DNA from: a virus | Taxonomy: Duplodnaviria > Caudoviricetes | IMG/VR virus record: IMGVR_UViG_3300016466_000173 | Location: 1 to 44,717 of that record | DNA: 44,717 nt | Reading direction: 5' to 3' (one strand) | In this document: one piece after another, positions 20,313 to 28,184 of the stretch | How the letters are laid out: the number at the start of each line of letters is the position of its first letter | Position numbering within the stretch: position 1 is the first letter of the stretch | The notes under the pieces: generated by a model | Told to the model about the DNA's origin: nothing | Database searches by the model: none | Seen by the model: the letters and a program-made list of their open reading frames with translations, nothing else | Translations under genes and position numbers: made by a program

Positions 20313-20487
20313 ATCTATGTCGTTTTTAGTGCTGAGTTATGAATTGAAAAGCCTTGCAAATTAAGGCTTGTGTCGGAAATGTCAATTATTTTTTTCTTTT
20401 TTAATTTAAAAAAAAATAAATATATATATAATATATATATAGAGTATAGGGGATACTTATTTTAACATTTCGTCACAGTCAGGTGGT

Positions 20488-20516
20488 AAAAAAGGGGAAG
20501 CATTATGCTCCCCCTT
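20488..20516 (-). terminator. Rho-independent terminator downstream of SSB
   Basis: On - strand: AAGGGGGAGCA-TAA-TGCTTCCCC followed by TTTTTT. Confidence 0.75.
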
Positions 20517-20538
20517 CTTACTTTGATTTGGCTTTCTC

Positions 20539-20856
20539 CTAAAACGGGAGAATGTCATCTCCTTCTTCTTTGATTGGTTCTTGTTTAGGAGCACTCTGTT
20601 TGGGTGTTTGACTCCCTGCATATGAAGTACCTTCAGTCTTCTTGGTTGGCTCGTATGTATCCAATTCAACATACGGGTTACCTGACCTACCATTCATAAT
20701 GTTTAGGTTTACCCACCCATTCTTCTGATGTAACTTCATAAAGGTGATGGCTTCATCTACCTTCAGTGACAACCTGCCCACTACAAATTCAGGGGCGTTC
20801 TCTCTACGCTCGAAACGGAATCCGTCTGCGAAGATTTTTTCTTTTTGATTTGACAT
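20539..20856 (-). CDS. Single-stranded DNA-binding protein
   Basis: Small beta-rich domain, flexible linker and acidic DDILPF tail; next to the exonuclease and SSAP. Confidence 0.7.
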   Translation of the reverse strand: MSNQKEKIFADGFRFERRENAPEFVVGRLSLKVDEAITFMKLHQKNGWVNLNIMNGRSGNPYVELDTYEPTKKTEGTSYAGSQTPKQSAPKQEPIKEEGDDILPF

Positions 20857-20961
20857 TTTATTTTTGATTTAAGGTTTTGTTTCGACTTGTTTTTGTTGAT
20901 GGATTTGGTTGGCTCGAAACTTTTCCGTCCTTGTCCATTTGGTTTTTAATATCCGTAAGCA

Positions 20962-20977
20962 GTGTCTTCAAAGACAC
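20962..20977. repeat. 16-bp palindromic motif copy 5, intergenic
   Basis: Exact copy 7 nt past the exonuclease stop codon. Confidence 0.95.
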
Positions 20978-20984
20978 CTTCAGA

Positions 20985-21719
20985 TTACTCAAGTGTTTCA
21001 TCTATGTAATGGTTCTCTATATCTTCTGTTGGACTATCTCCAAAGTACTTATCCCACACACGTAGAGCACGTTCAACCTTAGCCTCTCCATTCTTTATGA
21101 AGTTCTCAGATGGTCTGAAGATACCAAGTTGACCTGATGTCTTGTCGATTACGTAGAACACTAATGGCTTATCAAACAGAGACTGATAGATGTAGCACTG
21201 CGAATCATAGTTGTACTTCTTCGCTGAGTACTTGAATGAGTTGATGTCTGACGTAGTCTTAAGGTCAATGAGCATATCATCACATACGATATCCGCTTTG
21301 CCCTTCCACTGATGACCTTGAATCACTCCTACCATAGGTACTTCATACTGATTACCGTCACGGTAGATGTCCTCATAGAACTGAATGTTACCACTCATCT
21401 TCTTGGTCAGTGCAGTTATCTCTTCCACCTCCTTTGTCAGGAGGCAGAAGGGTAACTTGTGCTCATCGAGATACTCTTTGTATGCTTTGGTAGTACGTGA
21501 CGATACGTCAACCTGTGGTACGTGCACTGCCTTCTCAGGTTCAAGAAGCAGTTGGTGAAACAGGCGACCCTCAGCCAATGCCTTGTCATCTTCTCGTGAC
21601 TTGCCGTAGTCCTGTGGATTACTGAGAAGAACACCGATGTCTGAGTTCGACAGGTAGTTCTTACCTACACCACGATAGTACTCTCTATCGTCTTTTAGAA
21701 TCTCTAAGATGTTACTCAT
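20985..21719 (-). CDS. PD-(D/E)XK exonuclease VIII/RecE-like (DUF3799-type)
   Basis: LSNS, G..FH..LLEP, KGKAD, IDLKTT and Y..Q..IY motifs. Confidence 0.8.
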   Translation of the reverse strand: MSNILEILKDDREYYRGVGKNYLSNSDIGVLLSNPQDYGKSREDDKALAEGRLFHQLLLEPEKAVHVPQVDVSSRTTKAYKEYLDEHKLPFCLLTKEVEEITALTKKMSGNIQFYEDIYRDGNQYEVPMVGVIQGHQWKGKADIVCDDMLIDLKTTSDINSFKYSAKKYNYDSQCYIYQSLFDKPLVFYVIDKTSGQLGIFRPSENFIKNGEAKVERALRVWDKYFGDSPTEDIENHYIDETLE

Positions 21720-22362
21720 TTGGTTGTTGTCTACTTAGTGTTATCATATCAGCAATCTCTCTCTTGAGTTCAGGACTGATTTTGTACTTGCGAACAAGTT
21801 GCTTACCAATCTTCTCAATACCGAGTTGCTTGTTAGTCTCTATGTACTTAACAACCTTTGTCCAATTCTCATCACCCTTAATGAGTTCGATAAGACCATC
21901 AGACTCTTGCTCATTCTTAACAGGCACTTTCTTCTGAACAGGTGCAGGTGCTGACGTTGTAAGTTCCGGGATATCCTCGCCTGTCCATAGTTGCAGACCG
22001 AGACCGTGCATTGCAATAGCCTTAGCAGTACTACGTTGGATAGCCTTGTTCACCTCAAACTGATTTACCTTGTCAATTGGAATAGCCTGATTACGGAAGT
22101 CCATAATAGGCAGGTAGTCAATGTGCTCCTGTCCTTCTACAATTACTCCAACCTTTACCCACGCTGAACGCCCGTCTGTGAAGTAGTTCCACCCTGTGGC
22201 AGGGTCTTCATACACCACACGTTGTGCAGTTGGATAGTTCTGTTTGAGCAATGACCAAGCATATGCCCACGATAGATAGTCGATGTTACCTTTACGCTCG
22301 ACCTTGTCTCTGATTGCCACTGATGATAGCGTGGCGAATACTGATTTGTTTGAATTTGACAT
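21712..22362 (-). CDS. Sak-like single-strand annealing protein (DUF1071, Rad52 family)
   Basis: YLSWAYAW, LPIMD, NKAIQR..AKAIA.HGLGL.LW.GED motifs. Confidence 0.85.
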   Translation of the reverse strand: MSNSNKSVFATLSSVAIRDKVERKGNIDYLSWAYAWSLLKQNYPTAQRVVYEDPATGWNYFTDGRSAWVKVGVIVEGQEHIDYLPIMDFRNQAIPIDKVNQFEVNKAIQRSTAKAIAMHGLGLQLWTGEDIPELTTSAPAPVQKKVPVKNEQESDGLIELIKGDENWTKVVKYIETNKQLGIEKIGKQLVRKYKISPELKREIADMITLSRQQPNE

Positions 22363-22375
22363 TTGATTAATTGGT

Positions 22376-22678
22376 TTAAATGGTTACTGATTCTTTTAGT
22401 TTGCTTACGATAGTACGATAGTCAGGGTCTTCACGAAGACGTTTAGTCACGACATTTATACCGTGAATAAGTGGTGGGTGCATTGTGTCATAGCCCTCTT
22501 CCTGAAGGAACTTCTGAATGTATATGAGTTGCATTGGTCTTGTGCTACACATATAGTAAAGCAAGTGACGTGCGTCCACGATGGTACGGTTACGAGTCTT
22601 GCTGAACAATTGCTCCTTCGTGATGCCGAACATATCGGCAATGCGTTCTGCGTACTGATTAAATACTTCTTTCTTCAT
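22376..22678 (-). CDS. Second DnaA-C-like HTH protein
   Basis: IADMFGIT..QLFSKTR.R.IVDARHLLYY..H..LIHG. Confidence 0.7.
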   Translation of the reverse strand: MKKEVFNQYAERIADMFGITKEQLFSKTRNRTIVDARHLLYYMCSTRPMQLIYIQKFLQEEGYDTMHPPLIHGINVVTKRLREDPDYRTIVSKLKESVTI

Positions 22679-22892
22679 TAGTGATTTGAGTAGTTAAGCC
22701 CGAAGCCTCAGGAGAAAAGATTCTCCCGAAGTCCTCGAACATATTGTGAATTAGATTAGTTGCGTTCTGCCGACCCTCGAAGTGGTGATGGAGAGCATAA
22801 AGGTCTTCGGCATTGGTGTCTTCAAAGACACCGTTCTCTCCGTCAGCGTGAACTTCCTGCTCACGTACTGACATAAATAGTTGTTTTGACAT
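22659..22892 (-). CDS. Hypothetical protein
   Basis: 77 aa, directly downstream of the promoter at 22923-22953. Confidence 0.6.
   Translation of the reverse strand: MSKQLFMSVREQEVHADGENGVFEDTNAEDLYALHHHFEGRQNATNLIHNMFEDFGRIFSPEASGLTTQITNEERSI
22816..22831. repeat. 16-bp palindromic motif copy 6, intragenic
   Basis: Exact copy (G-V-F-E-D-T). Confidence 0.95.
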
Positions 22893-22922
22893 TGTTGATT
22901 AGATTAGATTAGATTAGGAATA

Positions 22923-22953
22923 CAAAGATAATAAACGTACACTAAACGTCCAA
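22923..22953 (-). promoter_or_regulatory. Bacteroidetes promoter TTG-N20-TATCTTTG
   Basis: Consensus boxes and spacing, intergenic. Confidence 0.75.
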
Positions 22954-22967
22954 GAAAAGTTCAAAGA

Positions 22968-23354
22968 TTATTGAATCTTTTTTTGTACGTAGTGTTCCCA
23001 CAAGGCATCTTCAACATCAGACAATTTGTCTGACTTGAACTTTGTGCTGACCTCGTCACTCTCAGTAGCGTCATTGGTATCAAATACCCACTTGCCTGTC
23101 GGCAGTATCTGAATACAATAACCACCCGCATAACGCATTATATCCTTAACGTCTGAGAAGAAGTGCGGGTGAGCACCGAACTCAGCAAAGTAGTATTCTT
23201 TTTTCATAAGTCTACCCGTGTTGATGAAGTTCTCTTTGGTCATCTCACCCTTGTCATACAAGGCTTGAATGGATTGAATGTAATGTTTGTCAGGATTCTT
23301 ACGTAGTTTCTGTGCGAGAATCTCAGTGCTCAAAAAGTTTAATAGTTTGTTCAT
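22968..23354 (-). CDS. Hypothetical protein
   Basis: 128 aa ORF in the operon. Confidence 0.65.
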   Translation of the reverse strand: MNKLLNFLSTEILAQKLRKNPDKHYIQSIQALYDKGEMTKENFINTGRLMKKEYYFAEFGAHPHFFSDVKDIMRYAGGYCIQILPTGKWVFDTNDATESDEVSTKFKSDKLSDVEDALWEHYVQKKIQ

Positions 23355-23360
23355 AGGTTT

Positions 23361-23717
23361 TTATTTACAGAATACAAGGTCTTTGAAACGAACATACACA
23401 TTGCCCTCGTGGGTTATCTTGTCGGCAGCAGTCCACGAATCCTGAGTCACCAAGCCGAGGCTTATTGAATCAGATACCCGACCTCCATATATGCAAATGT
23501 GTTTGCCCTGCTGAAGGAACAGGTTCAGTTCGGTCTGAGTATCTACAGGAGTACGCATAAGCACGTCCTCCTCATTCTCCTTTGACCACACCGCCTGAAG
23601 GTTGAACAATCCTGTATCGAATACTGATTGTGCTTTGTCGGTCACGTCTATCCAAACGTAGCCGTCCTGTGATTTGATTAACTTGTCCATATGTTTTTCA
23701 AAATTAAGATTATCCAT
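23361..23717 (-). CDS. Hypothetical protein (start uncertain; MDNLNF chosen)
   Basis: The longer track start overlaps the upstream gene extensively. Confidence 0.55.
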   Translation of the reverse strand: MDNLNFEKHMDKLIKSQDGYVWIDVTDKAQSVFDTGLFNLQAVWSKENEEDVLMRTPVDTQTELNLFLQQGKHICIYGGRVSDSISLGLVTQDSWTAADKITHEGNVYVRFKDLVFCK

Positions 23718-24354
23718 AGATAAGTTCTCCAAGGGCGAGATATTGGAACACCACGTCACTCGATGACGCATCACCCTGTTCGTTTAACTCAGACATAATA
23801 GCCCAATGACTTTGCTCTGAGCATAAATCCATACGCTCTTGAAAAGTTTCCCTGTTCAGTTCTCCAATAGCGTCACCGTCCTCGTCCTCAGCATCGTGTA
23901 TTGGGACTACTACACCCTTGTCATAGACCGCCTCGAACATACGTTCTGATAGTGCCTTTACACCATCCCGTGGAACGGCTTCGTTGATAAGGTCAATTGC
24001 TCTGTCTGATAGGTAGTACCAATAGTTGCTACCGCCTTCCATTGCAGTGATGAAGATACTCTCCATTACTTCTCGTGTTACTTCTGTTTTGATTGTGATT
24101 TTCATTGTCTTGTTTTTATTTGGGTTATAGGTTTTGATAGTAGAAAAGTAGCATATGTCTTCAAGGATTTCTATTTGTCCGCTCTGACTGTGTATGTGGT
24201 AATCAGTACGCAAGAACTCATAGAACTTCTTTACTTCAGTTGGTGTCAGGGCGTTGAATATATCAGCGACCTGTTCGTGCTGACCGTGTTGCTTGAGCAA
24301 ACGTAGGGCAGTGAACTTTGCATTTAGTGATGGCGTTTGTTTATTGTTGCTCAT
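23710..24354 (-). CDS. Hypothetical protein (possible second start at 24105)
   Basis: Starts MSNNKQT; internal A-rich leader and ATG at 24105. Confidence 0.6.
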   Translation of the reverse strand: MSNNKQTPSLNAKFTALRLLKQHGQHEQVADIFNALTPTEVKKFYEFLRTDYHIHSQSGQIEILEDICYFSTIKTYNPNKNKTMKITIKTEVTREVMESIFITAMEGGSNYWYYLSDRAIDLINEAVPRDGVKALSERMFEAVYDKGVVVPIHDAEDEDGDAIGELNRETFQERMDLCSEQSHWAIMSELNEQGDASSSDVVFQYLALGELIYG

Positions 24355-24571
24355 TTGCTTTTGGATTTGGTTTAATATGGACAATACCATCTTCAATATA
24401 CACCCAAGTGTTTTCTATTCCTTCGTGTATAACAATAGGTAGGTTGTTCTTCTGCTCCTTTTCCATTTCTTTGGCTTGTTGGAATAACTCTTTTGAACAT
24501 CCAAATATTTCATTGTCTGCAAATAATTGCTCAACCAACCATTCTACTGCTGTTTGTTTATTGTTGCTCAT
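24341..24571 (-). CDS. Hypothetical protein with KQTAVEWL N-terminus
   Basis: MSNNKQTAVEWL..LFQQAKEMEKEQ, a motif recurrent in Bacteroidetes phage small genes (from recall). Confidence 0.65.
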   Translation of the reverse strand: MSNNKQTAVEWLVEQLFADNEIFGCSKELFQQAKEMEKEQKNNLPIVIHEGIENTWVYIEDGIVHIKPNPKANEQQ

Positions 24572-24572
24572 C

Positions 24573-24848
24573 TCAGTTCTCCCTTTTAAGTTTCTCAATG
24601 AATCCCCTTACTAATTCCTCATCCTCTTTGTTGAAGATATCATATACCTGCTGAGTCGCAAGTAAAAGAATCTCATTGTCAGACAGGTTCTCCTGAATGT
24701 ACTCACCAAGTTTGCTCATTGTCTTTACCCCATCTTGCTTCAAAAATTCAGACAGGGTGTTAGCGAGTGCATAACTTACGTGTGTGTGGTCTGTAATGCC
24801 GAAAGCCTCAGTGGTTTCCTTTGCATTGTGGTTGAATTTTACTTTCAT
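24573..24848 (-). CDS. Hypothetical protein
   Basis: 91 aa with A-rich leader. Confidence 0.65.
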   Translation of the reverse strand: MKVKFNHNAKETTEAFGITDHTHVSYALANTLSEFLKQDGVKTMSKLGEYIQENLSDNEILLLATQQVYDIFNKEDEELVRGFIEKLKREN

Positions 24849-24870
24849 TTTATATTGGTTTAAGGGTTAG

Positions 24871-24912
24871 CGGATGAGGGGGGAGTCGAACCCCCCTTGC
24901 AACCATTCATCC
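24871..24912 (-). ncRNA. tRNA-like minihelix (acceptor stem plus T-arm, no D or anticodon arm)
   Basis: GGATGA-ATGGTTGCAA-GGGGGG-TTCGACT-CCCCCC-TCATCC-G on the - strand. Confidence 0.65.
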
Positions 24913-24913
24913 T

Positions 24914-24929
24914 GTGTCTTTGAAGACAC
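24914..24929. repeat. 16-bp palindromic motif copy 7
   Basis: Exact copy abutting the GATase stop codon, 1 nt upstream of the minihelix. Confidence 0.95.
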
Positions 24930-26050
24930 TATAACAGATTGTCTACGTCCTGCTGAGTGTACCATTCGTTGCATCCTGTGCAACAATAGTTGCCATAGCC
25001 ATCGTGCTCAAGGTCACGATAGCAGGACGTGCAGTATGGCGTGTCAACAAACTTGTCCTCAGTCTCGATATCAATACCGCTTAACTGAGCGTAGTAGTCA
25101 TCGAATGAACTGAACTCTAACTGCCTGTAGGAAGGCTCCCACGTAGGCTTAGTGTAATCAACAGGCTCCCACGTGCGGACGGGCTTTGGTCTGTTATAGT
25201 TCACCTCGTATGACTCGTGCATCTTGTCTGAAGAAGTGCGTGGTGTCTGAAGGTTGAAGTAAATCCAACAGGTCACCACCTTATTCTTTTTGAGTCTGAT
25301 AGGTATCTGCTTACGGCAGTACCATCGTGGGTGTCCCTCAAGTTGGTCTAACTTGCTGAGCACCGTGTCGCTTACCTTGAACACGTCCACCTTCACGTTG
25401 TGCCCTACACCCTTCTCGTCAATCAGATACGGCAGTCCTTGAATCAGCAGTGGATACTTGTCCTCAGTCTTGCCTGACGCTACGAACTTTGAGTCAGTGA
25501 GGTATCGGTAGTAGTTGCCGTGCCCCTTCTTGAGTGTGCCGTAGACGGCAACAAGATTGTCTTGCAGTACGTTGTCCTTCGAGTACCACACCCCGTCCTT
25601 GAATGTCCATAGGTCACGGTTGTAAATCTGAAAGGTGCGGGTGCGGGTGTTGATGGTGACGAACCGAACAAGTTTGTTTTTCTCTAACTCAGACTTCCAC
25701 TTGTGGCGTGGCACTGAACCGAGTGACTCAGCCAATACTTTGGAGTCGCACTTCTCAGCATTGCCAAGCCCATAGATAGTCCCGTTCATCATCAGGTACT
25801 CATTCTTTTGAGCACCGCACCTGAACGGGTGCGTGTTGTCGAGACCGACCTTGCCGACAGTGGCGTATCGGAAGTGGGCAATGTAAGGGCGTGGTGTGTC
25901 GAGCACTGCCCAATCCTTTGACTTGTGATAGGTTACCTCGAAGGTGTCGAGCCACACAACCCCCAATCCGTGGGGGTTAATACGTGATGAGTTTTTCAGA
26001 GTCTCTGAGGGAATCTCAATGTTCCGTTGTTTGATGATGATGATGCACAT
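24929..26050 (-). CDS. Class II glutamine amidotransferase fused to gamma-glutamylcyclotransferase (AIG2-like), with C-terminal Zn ribbon
   Basis: MC start (Ntn Cys2), NPHGLG, HFRYAT, NTHPF, NG; then VAVYGTLKKG and LDQLEGHP.WY.R; then CxxC..CxxC. Confidence 0.85.
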   Translation of the reverse strand: MCIIIIKQRNIEIPSETLKNSSRINPHGLGVVWLDTFEVTYHKSKDWAVLDTPRPYIAHFRYATVGKVGLDNTHPFRCGAQKNEYLMMNGTIYGLGNAEKCDSKVLAESLGSVPRHKWKSELEKNKLVRFVTINTRTRTFQIYNRDLWTFKDGVWYSKDNVLQDNLVAVYGTLKKGHGNYYRYLTDSKFVASGKTEDKYPLLIQGLPYLIDEKGVGHNVKVDVFKVSDTVLSKLDQLEGHPRWYCRKQIPIRLKKNKVVTCWIYFNLQTPRTSSDKMHESYEVNYNRPKPVRTWEPVDYTKPTWEPSYRQLEFSSFDDYYAQLSGIDIETEDKFVDTPYCTSCYRDLEHDGYGNYCCTGCNEWYTQQDVDNLL

Positions 26051-26073
26051 AGATTTGATTTGATTTGTGGGCG

Positions 26074-26089
26074 GTGTCTTTGAAGACAC
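26074..26089. repeat. 16-bp palindromic motif copy 8, in the 5' UTR of GATase
   Basis: Exact copy between the promoter (26117-26148) and the ATG (26050). Confidence 0.95.
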
Positions 26090-26116
26090 AGAACCCTTGG
26101 TTAGACTTAGAATGTA

Positions 26117-26148
26117 CAAAGGTAATACTTTTCTTGAACATTACCAAA
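26117..26148 (-). promoter_or_regulatory. Bacteroidetes promoter TTTG-N20-TACCTTTG
   Basis: Full consensus. Confidence 0.8.
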
Positions 26149-26293
26149 TAATTGCACGAATATTTTTTCGGTTAAACTTCCACCCTGTTTGGAACATAGC
26201 CTTCTCCACTGCCTCCCACTTAGTGTGGGCGACAATGGGGAAGAGATATTGTTTCAGGTGATAAACTTTGAAGGTATATTGACGCTCCTGCAT
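26141..26293 (-). CDS. Small hypothetical protein (50 aa, MQERQYTF...)
   Basis: ATG 4 nt after the upstream stop codon. Confidence 0.5.
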   Translation of the reverse strand: MQERQYTFKVYHLKQYLFPIVAHTKWEAVEKAMFQTGWKFNRKNIRAIIW

Positions 26294-26297
26294 AGCC

Positions 26298-26942
26298 TTA
26301 AGATTTACAGGTGTACAATAGGTTAGTGTCGGTCTCCTGCAGGTGCTTGTCAATGAGTTGCTCAGCCTTCTGTTTGTCCTTTGGACGCACGATAAGGTAA
26401 TGGTGAACACAGAACACGTTGCTCGACTCACAGGTCATCAGTTTGGTTGGAATCCCCGCAGCCTTGAGCACCTTCTTGGCATCGTTCAGTTCAGCCTCAG
26501 CCACGTCTGACTTGCAGGGTGAGTCATCCCACATACCCGTGTCATTTGCACCGCACACTGCATACTCAGGCTCTGAGTATCCACGCCACCCGTCAGTTGA
26601 CTTCCACTGCTTGGCATAATTCCACGCCTCTCCGAATGACTTCTCGTCCACTGCAGGTGGGGTAATGCAGTTTGCTTTAATCCAATCACCATCCCACTCC
26701 TTGCCGTTCAGATACCACTTGCCACGGGACTGAGAGATACTGACTCCTGTCAGCCCGTTGAGTCTCTCCTTCGTGGTCTTGGAGAACCATCCTGCGTTGC
26801 TGATATGGAGACCATCCGCTCTGTGCTCAGCAATTAAGTTGTCAAAAAGATACAGGCGTTTGCCGTCCGTGAAGGTGTTGCCTACACGCTTTACTTCGCC
26901 ACGCTCGAATGCGAGGCAAGTCTGTTCAGTTGTTTTATTCAT
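26298..26942 (-). CDS. Hypothetical early protein
   Basis: 214 aa; GW.SKTTKERLNGL motif typical of phage early proteins (from recall). Confidence 0.7.
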   Translation of the reverse strand: MNKTTEQTCLAFERGEVKRVGNTFTDGKRLYLFDNLIAEHRADGLHISNAGWFSKTTKERLNGLTGVSISQSRGKWYLNGKEWDGDWIKANCITPPAVDEKSFGEAWNYAKQWKSTDGWRGYSEPEYAVCGANDTGMWDDSPCKSDVAEAELNDAKKVLKAAGIPTKLMTCESSNVFCVHHYLIVRPKDKQKAEQLIDKHLQETDTNLLYTCKS

Positions 26943-27025
26943 TTTGTTGGTTTATTAAGTTGATATACTGATATGAGTCCGATAATTACAGGGACTACTA
27001 CAAGGGTTACTATGAATGCCATCAT
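26939..27025 (-). CDS. 28-aa single-pass membrane peptide MMAFIVTLVVVPVIIGLISVYQLNKPTK
   Basis: Fills the gap exactly, with ATGA overlaps at both ends; hydrophobic core and basic tail. Confidence 0.7.
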   Translation of the reverse strand: MMAFIVTLVVVPVIIGLISVYQLNKPTK

Positions 27026-27252
27026 TGGTTGTCCTCCTTTTTAGTTAGCCCCATAGCCTCAGCAGTTAGCCCGATAGCGAAGTGTATTTGCTCCATAACC
27101 CACTCGTTTGTGAGAGCCTTAGCCAATACCTCGTGAGCCTGTTGCTCAGTGCAGTTGAATCTTGCGGTCACGTCATCCACGTGCCAAAGGTTGTCGGTTT
27201 GGTAGCCCTGCTCGTGCAGGTGCAACCTTGCTTCTTGTGTTTTGTTAGTCAT
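27022..27252 (-). CDS. Hypothetical early protein
   Basis: 76 aa in a tight operon. Confidence 0.65.
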   Translation of the reverse strand: MTNKTQEARLHLHEQGYQTDNLWHVDDVTARFNCTEQQAHEVLAKALTNEWVMEQIHFAIGLTAEAMGLTKKEDNQ

Positions 27253-27256
27253 CTTA

Positions 27257-27514
27257 TTAGTTGGTTTTAGGTTTGTTAAGTAAGTAGTCCTTCAGTTCTT
27301 GCACGTAGGTTGTCTCAAGCCCCTCGTTATGTGCCTCGTAGTGGTACACCACCTCATAGTAGTTGAAGAAGTGTCCCTTCTGTTCGTTGCCCAACAGGTT
27401 GAATAACTCACGTGCCTGTTTGTGTTGTCCGTTTGCACGGCTCTCAATAATGTAGTCAAAGTACTCGTCAATTGTGTCGAACCCGTACTCGTGAATGATT
27501 GTTTGCGTTACCAT
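27257..27514 (-). CDS. Hypothetical early protein
   Basis: 85 aa, first gene after the promoter at 27542-27573. Confidence 0.65.
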   Translation of the reverse strand: MVTQTIIHEYGFDTIDEYFDYIIESRANGQHKQARELFNLLGNEQKGHFFNYYEVVYHYEAHNEGLETTYVQELKDYLLNKPKTN

Positions 27515-27541
27515 ATGATTTGATTTAGTTTAATTTCGGTA

Positions 27542-27573
27542 CAAAGATAGTACATAAAAAGTACATATGCAAA
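27542..27573 (-). promoter_or_regulatory. Bacteroidetes promoter TTTG-N20-TATCTTTG
   Basis: Full consensus. Confidence 0.8.
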
Positions 27574-27574
27574 T

Positions 27575-27781
27575 TTATTTTTTCCACAGGTTTATGCCAC
27601 AGGCTAAGACCGTGACGTTTTCCACTGATACCTGTGCAACCCCTCGTCCACCTCGACTGAAGTAGAATAGCCTTTTGTCTGTGCTCAGCGTAGCCCACTG
27701 CTCATACAGGTGCAATGGAAGATAGGAGACAGGCTTCTCAATTCGGATAAGGTAGACATTGCTTTGTGTTGCTTGTGTCAT
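27575..27781 (-). CDS. Hypothetical early protein
   Basis: 68 aa, ATGA-coupled to the upstream gene. Confidence 0.55.
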   Translation of the reverse strand: MTQATQSNVYLIRIEKPVSYLPLHLYEQWATLSTDKRLFYFSRGGRGVAQVSVENVTVLACGINLWKK

Positions 27782-28062
27782 CTTGCACCCCCTTCCTGTA
27801 GCAGGGTCTTGAACCCCTTGTAAACTCCGCTCCTGTAGGCGTTGCTCTTGTAGTCAAACGTCCCCGACAGGATGATGCTTGTGATACTACAGAACCTCAC
27901 CTCAATTTGGTGGAGCACCTGCTCGAATGTCTTGCCCTCAAGAAGGGCTTTGATTACCTGCTCCCGTGTGCTCACAGAAGGGTTGTCAAACGTGCCGTTT
28001 GCCTTCGCCTCAATGTGTGCGTCCGCAATGGCTTTCACTTGTTTTGAAATTCGCTTTGTCAT
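27778..28062 (-). CDS. Hypothetical early protein downstream of hammerhead 1
   Basis: 94 aa with A-rich leader. Confidence 0.65.
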   Translation of the reverse strand: MTKRISKQVKAIADAHIEAKANGTFDNPSVSTREQVIKALLEGKTFEQVLHQIEVRFCSITSIILSGTFDYKSNAYRSGVYKGFKTLLQEGGAR

Positions 28063-28086
28063 ATCTGTTTTGTTTTAGTTGGTTTT

Positions 28087-28135
28087 ACGTTTCGTCCTTT
28101 CGGACTCATCAGCACAGGCACTCACCTGTGGACGT
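28087..28135 (-). ncRNA. Type III hammerhead ribozyme 1
   Basis: ACGUC^CACAGG-UGAGUG-CCUGUG-CUGAUGA-GUCC-GAAA-GGAC-GAA-ACGU; complete core and three stems. Confidence 0.93.
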
Positions 28136-28141
28136 GGGGCA

Positions 28142-28157
28142 GTGTCTTTGAAGACAC
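28142..28157. repeat. 16-bp palindromic motif copy 9 in an extended hairpin (28136-28163)
   Basis: Exact copy; flanks GGGGUG/UGCCCC pair on the - strand with G-U wobbles. Confidence 0.95.
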
Positions 28158-28184
28158 CACCCCGTTCAACACCACATTGAACTG

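Noticed and set aside
20860-20940. 26-aa - strand ORF MDKDGKVSSQ... upstream of SSB
   Set aside because: Very short and low-complexity; could equally be UTR.
22897-22916. (GATTA)4 microsatellite
   Set aside because: Consistent with an ordinary A/C/T-rich Bacteroidetes leader; no evidence of phase variation.
16247-24166. Half-site matches to the palindrome (e.g. GTGTCTTCAC near 16247, ATGTCTTCAAGGA near 24155)
   Set aside because: Only one arm matches; expected by chance.
26051-26119. Longer GATase start
   Set aside because: Class II GATases need Cys at position 2; the extension covers the promoter and palindrome.
26968-26996. + strand CTGATATGAGTCC...GGGAC resembling a third hammerhead
   Set aside because: Core is not CUGANGA, GAAA is lacking, and the segment is explained by the - strand micropeptide.
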